From: a virus
Taxonomy: Duplodnaviria > Caudoviricetes
Reading direction: 5' to 3' (one strand)
DNA length: 52,712 bases
Virus record (IMG/VR): IMGVR_UViG_3300021520_000236
Span: 1-52,712 of that record
Shown here: in pieces, positions 1 through 9,304 of the stretch
How positions within the stretch are numbered: the stretch's first letter is position 1
Layout of the letters: each line of letters opens with the position of its first letter
Program-made: the position numbers and the translations under genes
Notes under the pieces: generated by a model
Seen by the model: only the letters and a program-made list of their open reading frames with translations
What the model was told of the DNA's origin: nothing
Database searches by the model: none

Positions 1-30
1 ACCCCGGAAGACGAGAAAATCCGGGCGACG

Positions 31-1014
31 GTGCGCGAGATGAGCGCGAAGACGGAACGTCTCAAAACCGAGATTTCCAAGGCGATCATCGGGCAAAAGG
101 AGATCGTGTCCGAGCTGCTGACCGCGATTATTTCCAACGGGCATGTTCTGATGATCGGCATGCCGGGGCTGGCCAAAACGATGATGATTCGCACCGTTGC
201 CGAGGTGCTGGACCTGCAGTTCCGCCGCATCCAGTTTACCCCGGATCTCATGCCATCGGACATCACCGGAACCGATATCCTTGAGGTGGACGAGTCGAGC
301 GGGCACAAGGAATACAGGTTCATCAAAGGCCCGATTTTTACAAACATCCTGCTCGCCGACGAAATCAACCGCACTCCGCCAAAGACTCAGGCCGCTCTGC
401 TCGAGGCCATGCAGGAACACCGCGTGACAGCCGCAGGGGAGACGTATCCGCTCGACCTGCCGTTTTTTGTACTCGCGACCCAGAATCCACTCGAGCAGGA
501 AGGGACATATCCTTTGCCGGAAGCGCAGCTCGACCGGTTCATGTTCAGCATCCATGTCGATTACCCCAGCGAAGCCGACGAGGAAACGATCGCCAGGGTG
601 ACCACGCGGCCGCAAAACGTGACATTCGAAAAAATCCTCCGCGCGGATGAAATCCTGGAACTCCAGCGCGTTGTGCGCGATCTCCCGATCTCCGATCACG
701 TTATCAAATACGCCACCCGGCTCGCGCGTTCGACCCGTCCGTCCGACCCCCGCGCACCGGACTTCATTAAGAAATGGATCCACTGCGGTGCCGGTCCCCG
801 CGCGACCCAGTACCTCGTCATCGCAGCAAAAGCCCGCGCCGTCGTGGACGGGCGGCTCCTGGTAACATCGGATGACGTGCGCGCTGCCGCGAGCCCCGTC
901 CTCCGCCACCGGATGTTCACGAATTTCACGGCTGATTCCGAAGGCATGGATACGGACAAGATCGTGAAGAAACTTCTCGATGCCGTGCCGGAGCCCGACG
1001 AGCGGGATTACTGA
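31..1014 (+). CDS. moxR: MoxR-family AAA+ ATPase (host gene; true start may lie upstream of the window)
   Basis: Walker A GMPGLAKT, RIQFTPDLMPSDITG, LADEINRTPPKTQAALLEAMQE and ATQNPLEQEGTYPLPEAQLDRF are MoxR hallmarks. Confidence 0.95.
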   Translation: MREMSAKTERLKTEISKAIIGQKEIVSELLTAIISNGHVLMIGMPGLAKTMMIRTVAEVLDLQFRRIQFTPDLMPSDITGTDILEVDESSGHKEYRFIKGPIFTNILLADEINRTPPKTQAALLEAMQEHRVTAAGETYPLDLPFFVLATQNPLEQEGTYPLPEAQLDRFMFSIHVDYPSEADEETIARVTTRPQNVTFEKILRADEILELQRVVRDLPISDHVIKYATRLARSTRPSDPRAPDFIKKWIHCGAGPRATQYLVIAAKARAVVDGRLLVTSDDVRAAASPVLRHRMFTNFTADSEGMDTDKIVKKLLDAVPEPDERDY

Positions 1015-1095
1015 ACAGCCTTGAAATCCGTTTCCGGAATTTCCGCTTGCCCCTGCGTCCCGGCTGCTGTTAAATCCCAGATCCTCAAACGAGAT

Positions 1096-1167
1096 TCCTG
1101 AGTAGCTCAGTGGTAGAGCGGTCGGCTGTTAACCGATTGGTCGTAGGTTCGAGTCCTACCTCAGGAG
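1096..1167 (+). tRNA. tRNA-Asn(GTT), no encoded CCA; probable left integration site
   Basis: Acceptor TCCTGAG/CTCAGGA, D arm, anticodon arm GTCGG-CTGTTAA-CCGAT, T arm GTAGG-TTCGAGT-CCTAC; integrase immediately 3'. Confidence 0.97.
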
Positions 1168-1280
1168 CGGTTTTTTAAAACGTTGATTTTCAGAGTAAAC
1201 CTCCAGCAAACCAAGTCACACAAATGACTTCCGCGCATACTGTATGCACGGATATACAGGAACGAAAAGGAATAAGCATT

Positions 1281-1315
1281 GCCAAAAGGCCGACTTTTTG
1301 GCACTTTTTGGCACT
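1281..1315. repeat. Tandem ACTTTTTGGC x2 plus inverted GCCAAAAG; possible integrase arm-type sites
   Basis: Direct repeat 1293-1315 and inverted copy 1281-1288 between the tRNA and int. Confidence 0.45.
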
Positions 1316-1317
1316 GG

Positions 1318-2343
1318 ATGATTGGCCGACCGACAACAAAAAAGATGTCCGTGCGATACGACGAAGCACGGCAGGCGTGGCGCGTTGATGTCCCGCCGGC
1401 ACTCGGCAACGGGAAAAGAATCAGGAGATTTTTCCCCGATGAGACGGCGGCGGAAGTCTGGGTTGCCCAGCGGACAATCGAACGTGCGACCGGAGAGCCG
1501 GCGAAGGTGGCCGAGAATCCGACCGGCCAAGAATCGACCGTTCGGGCAATCGTCGCGCTTTATCTGGCCGCGAAGAAATCCGCCGTTGGGCCGGGACAGC
1601 ACAAGCTCGCCCGCATCCACCTGGGGAAGCTGGTCGCACGTTTCGGCTCCTACCCTGTCAACGGGGTCCGCGCTCTCGACTGCCGGGATTGGCTGGATGC
1701 AATGGATTGCGCACAGCGCACCCGCCACGGGGTTTTTGCGCTCTGCCGTTCGTTCTGGCGCTGGGCGGTCAGATACGACTACGCGGACCGCTCTCCGTTC
1801 GACAAGATGGAGTTCGTTGCCAAGGGCGAGGCTCCCAAGGCGATCCTGGCGCCGGGGCAGATGCGGTCGCTACTCAAGACGAACGAGCCGCACTACATGC
1901 GTGCCTGGATCGTCCTCGGGGGCTTCTGCGGGCTTCGGACTGAAGAGATGTTTCGCATGGATTGGGGCGCCGTAAATGTCCGCACGAAGGAGATACACGT
2001 TGCCCCCGGCGTCATCAAGCGCACGCGTGGAGTGCGCGAGCGGTATGTCGCAATTCCCGCAAATGCCCTGCGGATGCTCAAAAAGCTGCCAAGGGAAGGC
2101 CGTGTTATCCCGGTGAGCAAGACAACATTCCTCGTTCATGCGGCTCGGCTGGCGGGCATCCTGGGTGAAAAGCACTGGCCGAGGAACTGCCTGCGGCACT
2201 CAGCGGCATCTTATCATCTCGCCGCTGGGGAGGATGCCGGGAAGACGGCCCACTTTCTCGGGCATACTTCCAGCCAGACTGTTTTCTCCAACTACGCTCG
2301 GGCCGTCACCAAGCAGGCGGCGCGGGAGTGGTGGGGGATTTAG
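1318..2343 (+). CDS. int: Tyrosine recombinase / phage integrase (start 1318 or 1345)
   Basis: GLRTEE (R), IKRT (K), NCLRHS (RH), LGH and NYA (Y) catalytic motifs; next to tRNA-Asn. Confidence 0.93.
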   Translation: MIGRPTTKKMSVRYDEARQAWRVDVPPALGNGKRIRRFFPDETAAEVWVAQRTIERATGEPAKVAENPTGQESTVRAIVALYLAAKKSAVGPGQHKLARIHLGKLVARFGSYPVNGVRALDCRDWLDAMDCAQRTRHGVFALCRSFWRWAVRYDYADRSPFDKMEFVAKGEAPKAILAPGQMRSLLKTNEPHYMRAWIVLGGFCGLRTEEMFRMDWGAVNVRTKEIHVAPGVIKRTRGVRERYVAIPANALRMLKKLPREGRVIPVSKTTFLVHAARLAGILGEKHWPRNCLRHSAASYHLAAGEDAGKTAHFLGHTSSQTVFSNYARAVTKQAAREWWGI

Positions 2344-2786
2344 GCGAGCGCCGTGCAACAATCGAGCGGCATCCACTCGTTCGCATCGCGGTCGAAGTAA
2401 TGATCCTGCAAATTCAGCTTCCCACTTTGCAGCATCATTTTGACGGTTGCCGCGGGCATTTCCCCCAAGTCAACCCCGCCGGATGCGATGCGAAGATTTT
2501 TTGAAATCTCGCGCGGTGGAAGAGGGGCCATCGCAATCATGTTGAGATTTTCCATTGCTCGAAGTTGCGCTTGCTGAAGCTGCATTTGACGAGCGGCTTG
2601 AAATTTCTTCGATTTCTCTTCCTCTTCTTTTTTGAGATTCGTCATCGCCAAAATGATCAAGACTCCCAACGGGCCAAGAAGGAAAGCAAGCCACTCCCCC
2701 ATGCTGCCTCTTCCCTTCGCGTGGGATATGATCCGTCCAATAACGATCATGCAAAACCAAAAAAGAATTGCGCAGAATATTTCCAC
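2340..2786 (-). CDS. Membrane protein with C-terminal GYF_2-like segment; possible superinfection-immunity moron
   Basis: Two N-terminal hydrophobic helices (FLLGPLGVLII), Q-rich coil, LQSGKL..DHYF....EWMPL tail. Confidence 0.6.
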   Translation of the reverse strand: MEIFCAILFWFCMIVIGRIISHAKGRGSMGEWLAFLLGPLGVLIILAMTNLKKEEEEKSKKFQAARQMQLQQAQLRAMENLNMIAMAPLPPREISKNLRIASGGVDLGEMPAATVKMMLQSGKLNLQDHYFDRDANEWMPLDCCTALA

Positions 2787-2824
2787 GCGGAAACGTTCCC
2801 TTTCTTACAAAGAAAAGTCACGCA

Positions 2825-2881
2825 GAAAAATAATTGAAAATAATTGTTGACGGTGTTAACACCTTGTGACATATTCGCGAC
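2825..2881 (+). promoter_or_regulatory. Arm A early promoter (AT-rich UP element, TTGACG-17-TGnCATATT) with operator GGTGTTAACACC in the spacer; probably leaderless for ORF 2882
   Basis: -35 at 2847-2852, -10 at 2870-2875, ATG 7 nt later; perfect palindrome 2852-2863. Confidence 0.8.
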
Positions 2882-3094
2882 ATGCCACGGAAGAGAGCAG
2901 ACGGAAAAGTGCAGATCAACTCATGGGTTGATGGAGAACTTGCCGATGAAATCCGGGCAATTCAAAACCAACTCGGCATGTCGCATCAAAGCGACGCCGT
3001 TAAACATCTACTCGAAATCTCAATAAAGAAATATGGCAACTGCAACAATTCACCTATCAGCAAAAATCGAACCCGAGTTAAAAAAACAAATTGA
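2882..3094 (+). CDS. Ribbon-helix-helix regulator (repressor candidate)
   Basis: VQINSWV beta-ribbon followed by two helices (SHQSDAVKHLL). Confidence 0.65.
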   Translation: MPRKRADGKVQINSWVDGELADEIRAIQNQLGMSHQSDAVKHLLEISIKKYGNCNNSPISKNRTRVKKTN

Positions 3095-3224
3095 GACACT
3101 CGCACGTCTTGAAGACCGCTCCGTTTCTCACATGATCCGCCGTTTACTCCGTGAAGGTGTTAACACCTTCAAAACGGGTGTTAACACCAAATTGAATACC
3201 GCAAAGAAAGGATCGCGGAAATGA
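3033..3224 (+). CDS. CopG/Arc-like ribbon-helix-helix protein overlapping the previous gene by 62 nt
   Basis: IHLSAKIEPELKKQIETLARLEDRSVSHMIRRLLRE. Confidence 0.8.
   Translation: MATATIHLSAKIEPELKKQIETLARLEDRSVSHMIRRLLREGVNTFKTGVNTKLNTAKKGSRK
3152..3188. promoter_or_regulatory. Two further GGTGTTAACACC operator copies (3156-3167, 3177-3188), 21 bp apart, inside the RHH coding sequence
   Basis: 20-bp perfect palindrome TGAAGGTGTTAACACCTTCA at 3152-3171 and a 12-bp copy downstream. Confidence 0.8.
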
Positions 3225-3790
3225 ACTCCCTCACGATCCGCGAAGACATGACCGTTGATTCCGTCACGGTGGCAGAGCAGTGCGGGATCGAGCACCGGGC
3301 CGCGTTGCAGTTGCTCAAAACTCACGGTCCCAAACTGCAATCCAAGTTTGGCCCAATCGCATTTGAAATGCGGAAGGGTTCCCCGCTCGCCCACGGTGGA
3401 TTTGCGAAATCAACCCGCATTGCCCACCTGACAGAAGATCAGGCAACCGCGTTCATCACGCTATTCCAGAACACGGAAAAGGTCGTTGATTTCAAGTTTG
3501 CGCTGGTCGCCGCGTTCTCCGATGCCAAGCGCCGGTTGCGGAACTCGCCGATGACCGACGAGCAGATCAGCAACTGGGCTGTCAGCAAGTTTTTGAAAAA
3601 TGCCCGCCCAGCTTGCGAATATGGCGCGAGGACCAAAGACGGACGGGTGCGGGACAAGTTCCGCAAGCCGACCTATACGGCAACAGGGAACAAAACGAGT
3701 GCCGCTTTGGAAGTCGCCTCGGCGCTCATGCTTCTCGACCAGTATCTGCCGGGGTTTCAACTCCTGCCTCAACTCGGGGACGGCCAATGA
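3221..3790 (+). CDS. Rha-family phage regulatory / antirepressor protein
   Basis: DS..VAE..GIEH and LTEDQATAFITL..NTEKVVDFKFALV.AF pattern. Confidence 0.8.
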   Translation: MNSLTIREDMTVDSVTVAEQCGIEHRAALQLLKTHGPKLQSKFGPIAFEMRKGSPLAHGGFAKSTRIAHLTEDQATAFITLFQNTEKVVDFKFALVAAFSDAKRRLRNSPMTDEQISNWAVSKFLKNARPACEYGARTKDGRVRDKFRKPTYTATGNKTSAALEVASALMLLDQYLPGFQLLPQLGDGQ

Positions 3791-4023
3791 GACTATCCGC
3801 CCGCAGCTACGCGAAGCAGATCGGCGTCCACCCGGAGACGGTGCAGAGCTGGTGCCGCAACTCGATGCTCCCGGACAAGGACCGCAACAAGGCGCTCCCT
3901 CCCGTCGTCGCCCGCCGGATCGGCTCCCGCTGGCAGATCGCCGTCGAGAAGACCGAACTCGCCATGAGCCTCATCTGCGGGAACCCGGCCGAGCGCGGGC
4001 TCGCCAAGCGCGGGGCGATCTAG
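3787..4023 (+). CDS. Winged-HTH excisionase-like protein
   Basis: LSARSYAKQIGVHPETVQSWC...RRIGSRWQI; ATGA overlap with the previous gene. Confidence 0.7.
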   Translation: MRLSARSYAKQIGVHPETVQSWCRNSMLPDKDRNKALPPVVARRIGSRWQIAVEKTELAMSLICGNPAERGLAKRGAI

Positions 4024-4049
4024 GCCGCGCAAAACGTGAAACCTATTCT

Positions 4050-4199
4050 ATGAACAGACCTACCCGCCAGTCCGTGAGAACGACCGACGCCCCACCCGCG
4101 CCGGTTCCATTCCGAAGCACAAACCAAGCCCTGCATGACTTTTTCGTCAAGCGCGGCCTAGTCAACCCGCATCCGTGGAGGAAGGCCAAACAGAAATGA
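4050..4199 (+). CDS. Small hypothetical phage protein
   Basis: ATG 4050, stop overlaps next start. Confidence 0.45.
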   Translation: MNRPTRQSVRTTDAPPAPVPFRSTNQALHDFFVKRGLVNPHPWRKAKQK

Positions 4200-4360
4200 G
4201 CGCCGAAACTAAATGCGCGGCCTTGATCGCGCTTCAACTCGACTTGAGGAACTCCGCAAAGTTCCACCGGGAGCACAAGGAGCACCGTGATTTCTGGATG
4301 AAAATCATCCGGAGAGATGTTGCGGCAATCAAGGAACTCAAAGGAACTCCGTGCAAATGA
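4196..4360 (+). CDS. Small hypothetical phage protein
   Basis: ATGA-coupled on both sides. Confidence 0.55.
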   Translation: MSAETKCAALIALQLDLRNSAKFHREHKEHRDFWMKIIRRDVAAIKELKGTPCK

Positions 4361-4578
4361 GCGCCTATAACCTACCGCGCTGCGTCGTTTTGCTCGCCGC
4401 AGTTTTCGGAACCCGCCGCGCCTACGAATGGGCGATGGAAGTCCTGCCGCTCGCAAGGGCCGCAGAGAACATGGACCGGGACGACACTCACGACGAGGCA
4501 TACCGGAAGGAAGCCAGGGACGCACGCCGCCGGTTCGATGACATGCGCGACGGTGGAATCTCAACCGAGGAAGACTAA
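4357..4578 (+). CDS. Hypothetical protein, paralogue of 46058-46300
   Basis: Shared LP.CVVLLAAVF.TR.AY.WA, RDDTHD and DMRDGGIS. Confidence 0.8.
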   Translation: MSAYNLPRCVVLLAAVFGTRRAYEWAMEVLPLARAAENMDRDDTHDEAYRKEARDARRRFDDMRDGGISTEED

Positions 4579-4748
4579 TGGACGCCGACGACAAGAAATT
4601 CATCGGCCTATTGATCGCCGTTTGCCTCATCACGGTTTTCGTGTGCGGGCTGGCCGTCAACAAACTGGAACGGGAAAACGCGCGGCTGCATGCGGCTGTT
4701 GACGCTTCCACGGTCCCGCCGTCAACCAACTACGTCCGCACACGATGA
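4578..4748 (+). CDS. Small TM protein (56 aa, below ORF-track cutoff), paralogue of 45730-45894
   Basis: Translated by hand; ends RENARLHAAVDASTVPPSTNYVRTR. Confidence 0.75.
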   Translation: MDADDKKFIGLLIAVCLITVFVCGLAVNKLERENARLHAAVDASTVPPSTNYVRTR

Positions 4749-4954
4749 TCCCCATCTTCATTCTATCAGGCACTTTGTTTGCCGCCGGGATCGGCGCGGT
4801 GACATACGCACTCTGCAAGGACGCCTACCAGACCGGCTACCGCGAGGGACACCAGCGCGGGACGTTCGACGCCTGCAAGCAGCAGGTCGATACGGAGAAA
4901 TTCTTCCGAGACATCGACTCAGCCAGCAAGACACAATTTCCGCACAGAAACTAA
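4745..4954 (+). CDS. Small TM protein, paralogue of 45527-45733
   Basis: Shared KDAY..GYR.G..RGT.DAC.QQV.TEKFFRDI.SASKT.FPH. Confidence 0.8.
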   Translation: MIPIFILSGTLFAAGIGAVTYALCKDAYQTGYREGHQRGTFDACKQQVDTEKFFRDIDSASKTQFPHRN

Positions 4955-4967
4955 CAACCAATACCAA

Positions 4968-5885
4968 ATGAAAATAACACAAGGAAAAATCGCACGCGCA
5001 CAGCGCGTTGTCATCTACGGCGTCGAGAGCGTCGGAAAGACAACCCTGGCCGCTAACTCTCCACGGCCAATCTTCCTCGATGTGGAAGGCGGGACCAACC
5101 ATCTGGACGTTCCTCGCGCCGACATCGGATCGTGGCAGGAACTCACCGACGCCGTGGCCGAATGCCACCGGCTCGATTACTCAACCGTCGTCATCGACAG
5201 CATCGACTGGGCCGAGCGGCTCTGCATCGAGCAGTTCTTGAAGGACGCAAAAAAAGAGTCCATCGAATCCATTCCCTACGGCAAGGGATGGGTGCAGGTC
5301 GCCGAGCGCATGAGCCGGTTTCTCACCAGCCTGGACGGTCTCATCGAGGCCGGAAAGAACGTGATCCTGATCGGCCATTCTCAGGTTAAGCGCGTCGAGC
5401 CGCCCGACCTCATGTCCGCGTATGACCGCTACGAGCTGAAGCTCGCGAAACAGACCGCGCCGCTCGTCAAGGAGTGGGCGGATGAACTGTGGTTCGCGCA
5501 GTTCAAAACAAAGCTCATCGAGAGCGACAACGGAAAGACAAAGGCTACCGGCGGGAAGATCCGCGTGCTTCTCACGACTCATTCTGCGGCTTTCGACGCC
5601 AAGACAAGGAGCGGGTTGGAAGAGGAGCTTCCTATGGAGTGGGCCAGCGTCTCGCGCATATTCGCCGGGAAGCGCAGCAACCCGCTCCCCAAGTCGATAT
5701 TTGAGGAGCAGATCGGAGAGCACGAAGCCGATGTGAACGCATTCCTGACGGCACGGGAGGTCATCCGCTCCGGGCAGACATGGCGCGATGCGAAGCCCGA
5801 CTATCTCGCCCGCATCGGACAGCGCACTGAGCAGTTCCTTCGCACCGTTTCAGAGTGGCTCAGAAGCCGGCAGGAGGCCGCATGA
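4968..5885 (+). CDS. AAA_24 (Sak4-like) ATPase / single-strand annealing protein
   Basis: YGVESVGKTT, VVIDSIDWAE, YGKG, KEWAD, FDAKTR. Confidence 0.9.
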   Translation: MKITQGKIARAQRVVIYGVESVGKTTLAANSPRPIFLDVEGGTNHLDVPRADIGSWQELTDAVAECHRLDYSTVVIDSIDWAERLCIEQFLKDAKKESIESIPYGKGWVQVAERMSRFLTSLDGLIEAGKNVILIGHSQVKRVEPPDLMSAYDRYELKLAKQTAPLVKEWADELWFAQFKTKLIESDNGKTKATGGKIRVLLTTHSAAFDAKTRSGLEEELPMEWASVSRIFAGKRSNPLPKSIFEEQIGEHEADVNAFLTAREVIRSGQTWRDAKPDYLARIGQRTEQFLRTVSEWLRSRQEAA

Positions 5886-6892
5886 AGGAACTCCGCGCTT
5901 CCAGCCTTCCAAAGCTCGCCGAGTGCCCATTGTTTGATGGGACATCCGGCGAGGCATCGGCAGCGGCCTCGCGCGGGACAAAACTCGACGTTGCATACCG
6001 TGAACGGCTGCATGGACTCAGCACGACTCTCGACACGCTGGAAGAGTCGGAAAAGGCCGCAGTCATCTGGGCTGTCGCCGAGTCCGAGACTCTCGCCAAC
6101 GGAAACTTTGTCGAAACACGCGAGGAATACCTCGCAATGGCCGTGCCTGGACTCTCGACAGTCGGGACCGCTGACGCGCTGTGCATCGGCGGATCGTGGC
6201 TCGCGGATCTGAAGACAGGACAAGTCCGCAACTACCGGGAACAGATGGCTGCTTATGCGCTCGCGTGCATGAACGACCATTTCACCGAAAGCTGGACGGC
6301 CCACGTTCTTTATTGTGACGCGGGAGTAAGGCGGTCCTACGATTTCACATACACGGACGCTCAGGCCATCGTCGCCGCCACCATCGCGGAGGCTACCAGC
6401 AAGGATGCCGAGCCTAACCCGTGCGAGTATTGCGGCTGGTGCGCCCGCAAGGACACTTGCAAGGCAATCGTCCGCCAGAACACGGAGGCTATCGCCATCG
6501 CCACAAGCGATCACAGCCTGACCAAGATCCGCGATCACATCCTTTCGACGCCAGAGAATGTCTGCGAGTTTGCACGCCAGTGGAAACAGGCCGAAAAGGA
6601 CATCGCGGAACCTATCCTTGAAAGGCTCAAGGAACTGGCCGCGCTCGATCAGGCTCCCGGATGGCGCTTAGTCCAGGTCACTGGCCGCGAATACGCCGAG
6701 ACTCCCGCCATCGCCGCTGTCGCCAACGAAACCAAGATCAGCGCCGAAAGCCTGATTCTCGCGATGGGCGGGAAGATGAGCGGAAAACAATTTCGCGAGT
6801 GGACATCGAATCTCGGTGTCGTGCTTGACGAGACGGCCATCAAGCGCGGGGAGCCGACAACCCAACTCCGCCAAGAAAAGAAAAAGAAATAA
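5882..6892 (+). CDS. PD-(D/E)XK Cas4-like exonuclease (DUF2800-like)
   Basis: N-terminal RASSL....ECP, GTAD, DLKTG, Q..AY and C-terminal C..C.WC.....C. Confidence 0.85.
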   Translation: MKELRASSLPKLAECPLFDGTSGEASAAASRGTKLDVAYRERLHGLSTTLDTLEESEKAAVIWAVAESETLANGNFVETREEYLAMAVPGLSTVGTADALCIGGSWLADLKTGQVRNYREQMAAYALACMNDHFTESWTAHVLYCDAGVRRSYDFTYTDAQAIVAATIAEATSKDAEPNPCEYCGWCARKDTCKAIVRQNTEAIAIATSDHSLTKIRDHILSTPENVCEFARQWKQAEKDIAEPILERLKELAALDQAPGWRLVQVTGREYAETPAIAAVANETKISAESLILAMGGKMSGKQFREWTSNLGVVLDETAIKRGEPTTQLRQEKKKK

Positions 6893-6893
6893 T

Positions 6894-7376
6894 ATGCCAA
6901 GCTACAAACAATCAGAACCCAAAAGCGGAGCCTTCTTCGTCCCTCCCGGCACATACGCCGTCGAGATCGTCAAGGCTATCGAAAAGACCAGCCAGAACGG
7001 AAACCCGATGATCTCGCTCACCTGCGAAATCCAACTCGGGAACGGGAAGATCGGGCCAACCGTCTGGGACAATCTCGTCTTTACTCCCAAGGCGGCTTGG
7101 AAGATCGACCAGGTTCTCGCCAGCATCGGACGCGCTGTCGTCCCAGGAGAGGAGACGAACGTCGAGGCCGACCAGCTCGTCGGCGCAGAAGGGGTCGCAA
7201 TCATCGGAGAGGAACCGGGAGCAAAGAACCCGTCCGACAAGTTCAACTGCATCGAGCGCTGGATCTTCGGTGACGAGCGCAACGAGTGGCTGAGGACGAA
7301 CCGCGCCAAGGCCATGCAGGCCAAGGTGGCTTCGCCGGTCAAGGTGGACAAGGAAGATCAGGATATTCCGTTTTAG
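6894..7376 (+). CDS. DUF669-like ssDNA-binding protein
   Basis: VPPGTY.VEI, SQNGNPMI, acidic DIPF tail. Confidence 0.8.
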   Translation: MPSYKQSEPKSGAFFVPPGTYAVEIVKAIEKTSQNGNPMISLTCEIQLGNGKIGPTVWDNLVFTPKAAWKIDQVLASIGRAVVPGEETNVEADQLVGAEGVAIIGEEPGAKNPSDKFNCIERWIFGDERNEWLRTNRAKAMQAKVASPVKVDKEDQDIPF

Positions 7377-7575
7377 CTTCCACCCAAAACCGGGGGCCGC
7401 GCATCCGAAGAACGCGGAGAATTTTTTATGAAGAAACAGAAGACGGTTATCAAAACATGCCAGGTTAATCCGCGCCACATATGGGCAGCAGACATTCCGT
7501 ATTTCCCATATTGCAACTGTTCCACGGAAGCTCGGATCTATCACGCAAACAAACAGCAGGATTCTAAAAAGAAAA

Positions 7576-8430
7576 ATGAAACCAGAAACTAAATCAGTAA
7601 AACTCGCCGACATCACAATGGACGGCGGAACACAAACCCGCGCCGCGCTAAACGAGGATGCTGTGTCTAGCTATTCGGAAGCGATGCAAGCCGCCGCTAA
7701 ATTCCCGCCCATCGTCCTGTTTTATGACGGATCAAACTATTGGCTCGCGGACGGGTTCCACCGTTGCCACGCAGCGAAGGCCGCAGGGTTCCTCGACATA
7801 CTGGCCACTGTGAACTTTGGAACGCGCAGAGAGGCCGTGAAGTTTGCTATCCAAGCCAACCATGTCGGCAGCGTTCTCCGCACAAACAAGGACAAGCGTA
7901 AGTGCGTGGAGATCGCGCTTAAAGAATACCCCGACCTCTCCGACCGTGCGCTGGCGGACTGGTGCGGGGTGTCTGACATGACGGTCTCAAGGGTGAGAAA
8001 AGATAGGTGCATAAATGTTGCACCTGAGACGCCCAAAGAACTCCAAGACCGGCTTGAGAGGCAAATGGACGCAAAGGAAATGCTTCCAGCTCATCCCGAA
8101 CACCCGGAGCACGAAGAATGGAAGAAATCCGAGGCATACCAAACAGAGCACGAATCCCGATGGAAAGAGCAGTCCGAAAAGCGGACCCGCACAGGCAAGG
8201 ACGGGAAGCAATACCCCGCTCCAGTCGTAGAACCAATCTCGCCGGAAGAACCGGCAAAGAAACGAGGCAGCTATGAAGGATGGGTAGAGTTTCGCGACAT
8301 CTGCGATCAGATCGCAGTCGAATGCGATTCTCTAAACTCCATCATTGTTGACCATGCACACAAAACCGCCGCAAGAGATTTAGCGGCGTCTACTGCAAAG
8401 AGGCTAATAAAAATCTCAAACAACCAATAA
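7576..8430 (+). CDS. ParB/Srx-domain protein
   Basis: FPPIVLF..G..YWLADGFHR..A; HTH-like SDRALADWCGVS. Confidence 0.85.
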   Translation: MKPETKSVKLADITMDGGTQTRAALNEDAVSSYSEAMQAAAKFPPIVLFYDGSNYWLADGFHRCHAAKAAGFLDILATVNFGTRREAVKFAIQANHVGSVLRTNKDKRKCVEIALKEYPDLSDRALADWCGVSDMTVSRVRKDRCINVAPETPKELQDRLERQMDAKEMLPAHPEHPEHEEWKKSEAYQTEHESRWKEQSEKRTRTGKDGKQYPAPVVEPISPEEPAKKRGSYEGWVEFRDICDQIAVECDSLNSIIVDHAHKTAARDLAASTAKRLIKISNNQ

Positions 8431-8437
8431 AAAATAT

Positions 8438-9304
8438 ATGTTCAAACTAACCAATCAAATCCAAGTCAGAAACGTCACGCCGGAAGAGGCTAGGGAACTT
8501 CTTGCAATCAACAACTTCCCTGGACAAAGGAGGCTTCACCCTCTCAAGGCAAGGCACTATGCAGACCTCATGCACTCTCGCAGAATGCGGCCTGTTGAGT
8601 TTTCGATTATGACGCTGCCCTGTGGGTCTAAATATCTCGCAAACGGCCAGCACTGTGCCCAGGCAATCATTCTGCATGGGAAGCCTTTCCCCGCTACAGT
8701 GTCCCACTGGAAGTGTGAAACGAATGAAGATGCCTGGCACCTGTTCGCGAGCTTTGATGTCCACGGCACCAGAACCGAGCAGCATATTATGTGTGCGGCG
8801 CGTGGGTTTTTCAACGAAGGGCTTCAAGAAATGCCGTTACGGACACTTCAGTGTTGCGGGTCTGCATTGCATATTCTTGGGGACGGGGATTCTCCGCGAT
8901 TCAGCGGACAGCCTACGCATAAAGAGAGAAAGCCCGAGCTTGTGATCGAGAACGAAGATGCCGTTATTTGGGTTCACCAGTTCTCTGATGAGCGGCACTT
9001 GATGAAAGTCCCTGTTGTTGCGGCTATGATCGCAACCTGGCGGGCTAATGCGGAAGAAGCGCAGTCTTTTTGGTGGGCGCTGAAAACCGGGGACAACATT
9101 CGTGGTTCTACGAGAACGCTCCGTGACCAGTTGCTGAAAAACGAAGTGGGCGGAAGCGCCACGGGAGGCGGGCCGGATAGAGCGAAAGCGATCTACTCCG
9201 TGTGCGTAGCATTCTGGAATACTTTCATGCGGGGAGAAGAACGCCGATCGGTGAAGCTTGCAACAATGAAGGAAGTCCCGGCTCCAGACAAATTCCGCAA
9301 ATGA
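8438..9304 (+). CDS. Divergent ParB-like phage protein
   Basis: VTPEEARELL, N....R, NGQH (DGQHR-like) motif. Confidence 0.6.
   Translation: MFKLTNQIQVRNVTPEEARELLAINNFPGQRRLHPLKARHYADLMHSRRMRPVEFSIMTLPCGSKYLANGQHCAQAIILHGKPFPATVSHWKCETNEDAWHLFASFDVHGTRTEQHIMCAARGFFNEGLQEMPLRTLQCCGSALHILGDGDSPRFSGQPTHKERKPELVIENEDAVIWVHQFSDERHLMKVPVVAAMIATWRANAEEAQSFWWALKTGDNIRGSTRTLRDQLLKNEVGGSATGGGPDRAKAIYSVCVAFWNTFMRGEERRSVKLATMKEVPAPDKFRK

Noticed and set aside
1318-2343. Left integrase (or 49652-50764) as the integron integrase
   Set aside because: Neither shows the IntI-specific insertion (LP..L..KYP...W) by eye; both are tRNA-adjacent and over 10 kb from the array. An HMM search should confirm.
5882-6892. 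Cas4-like genes as part of a CRISPR system
   Set aside because: No array or other cas genes; the context is a phage recombination module.
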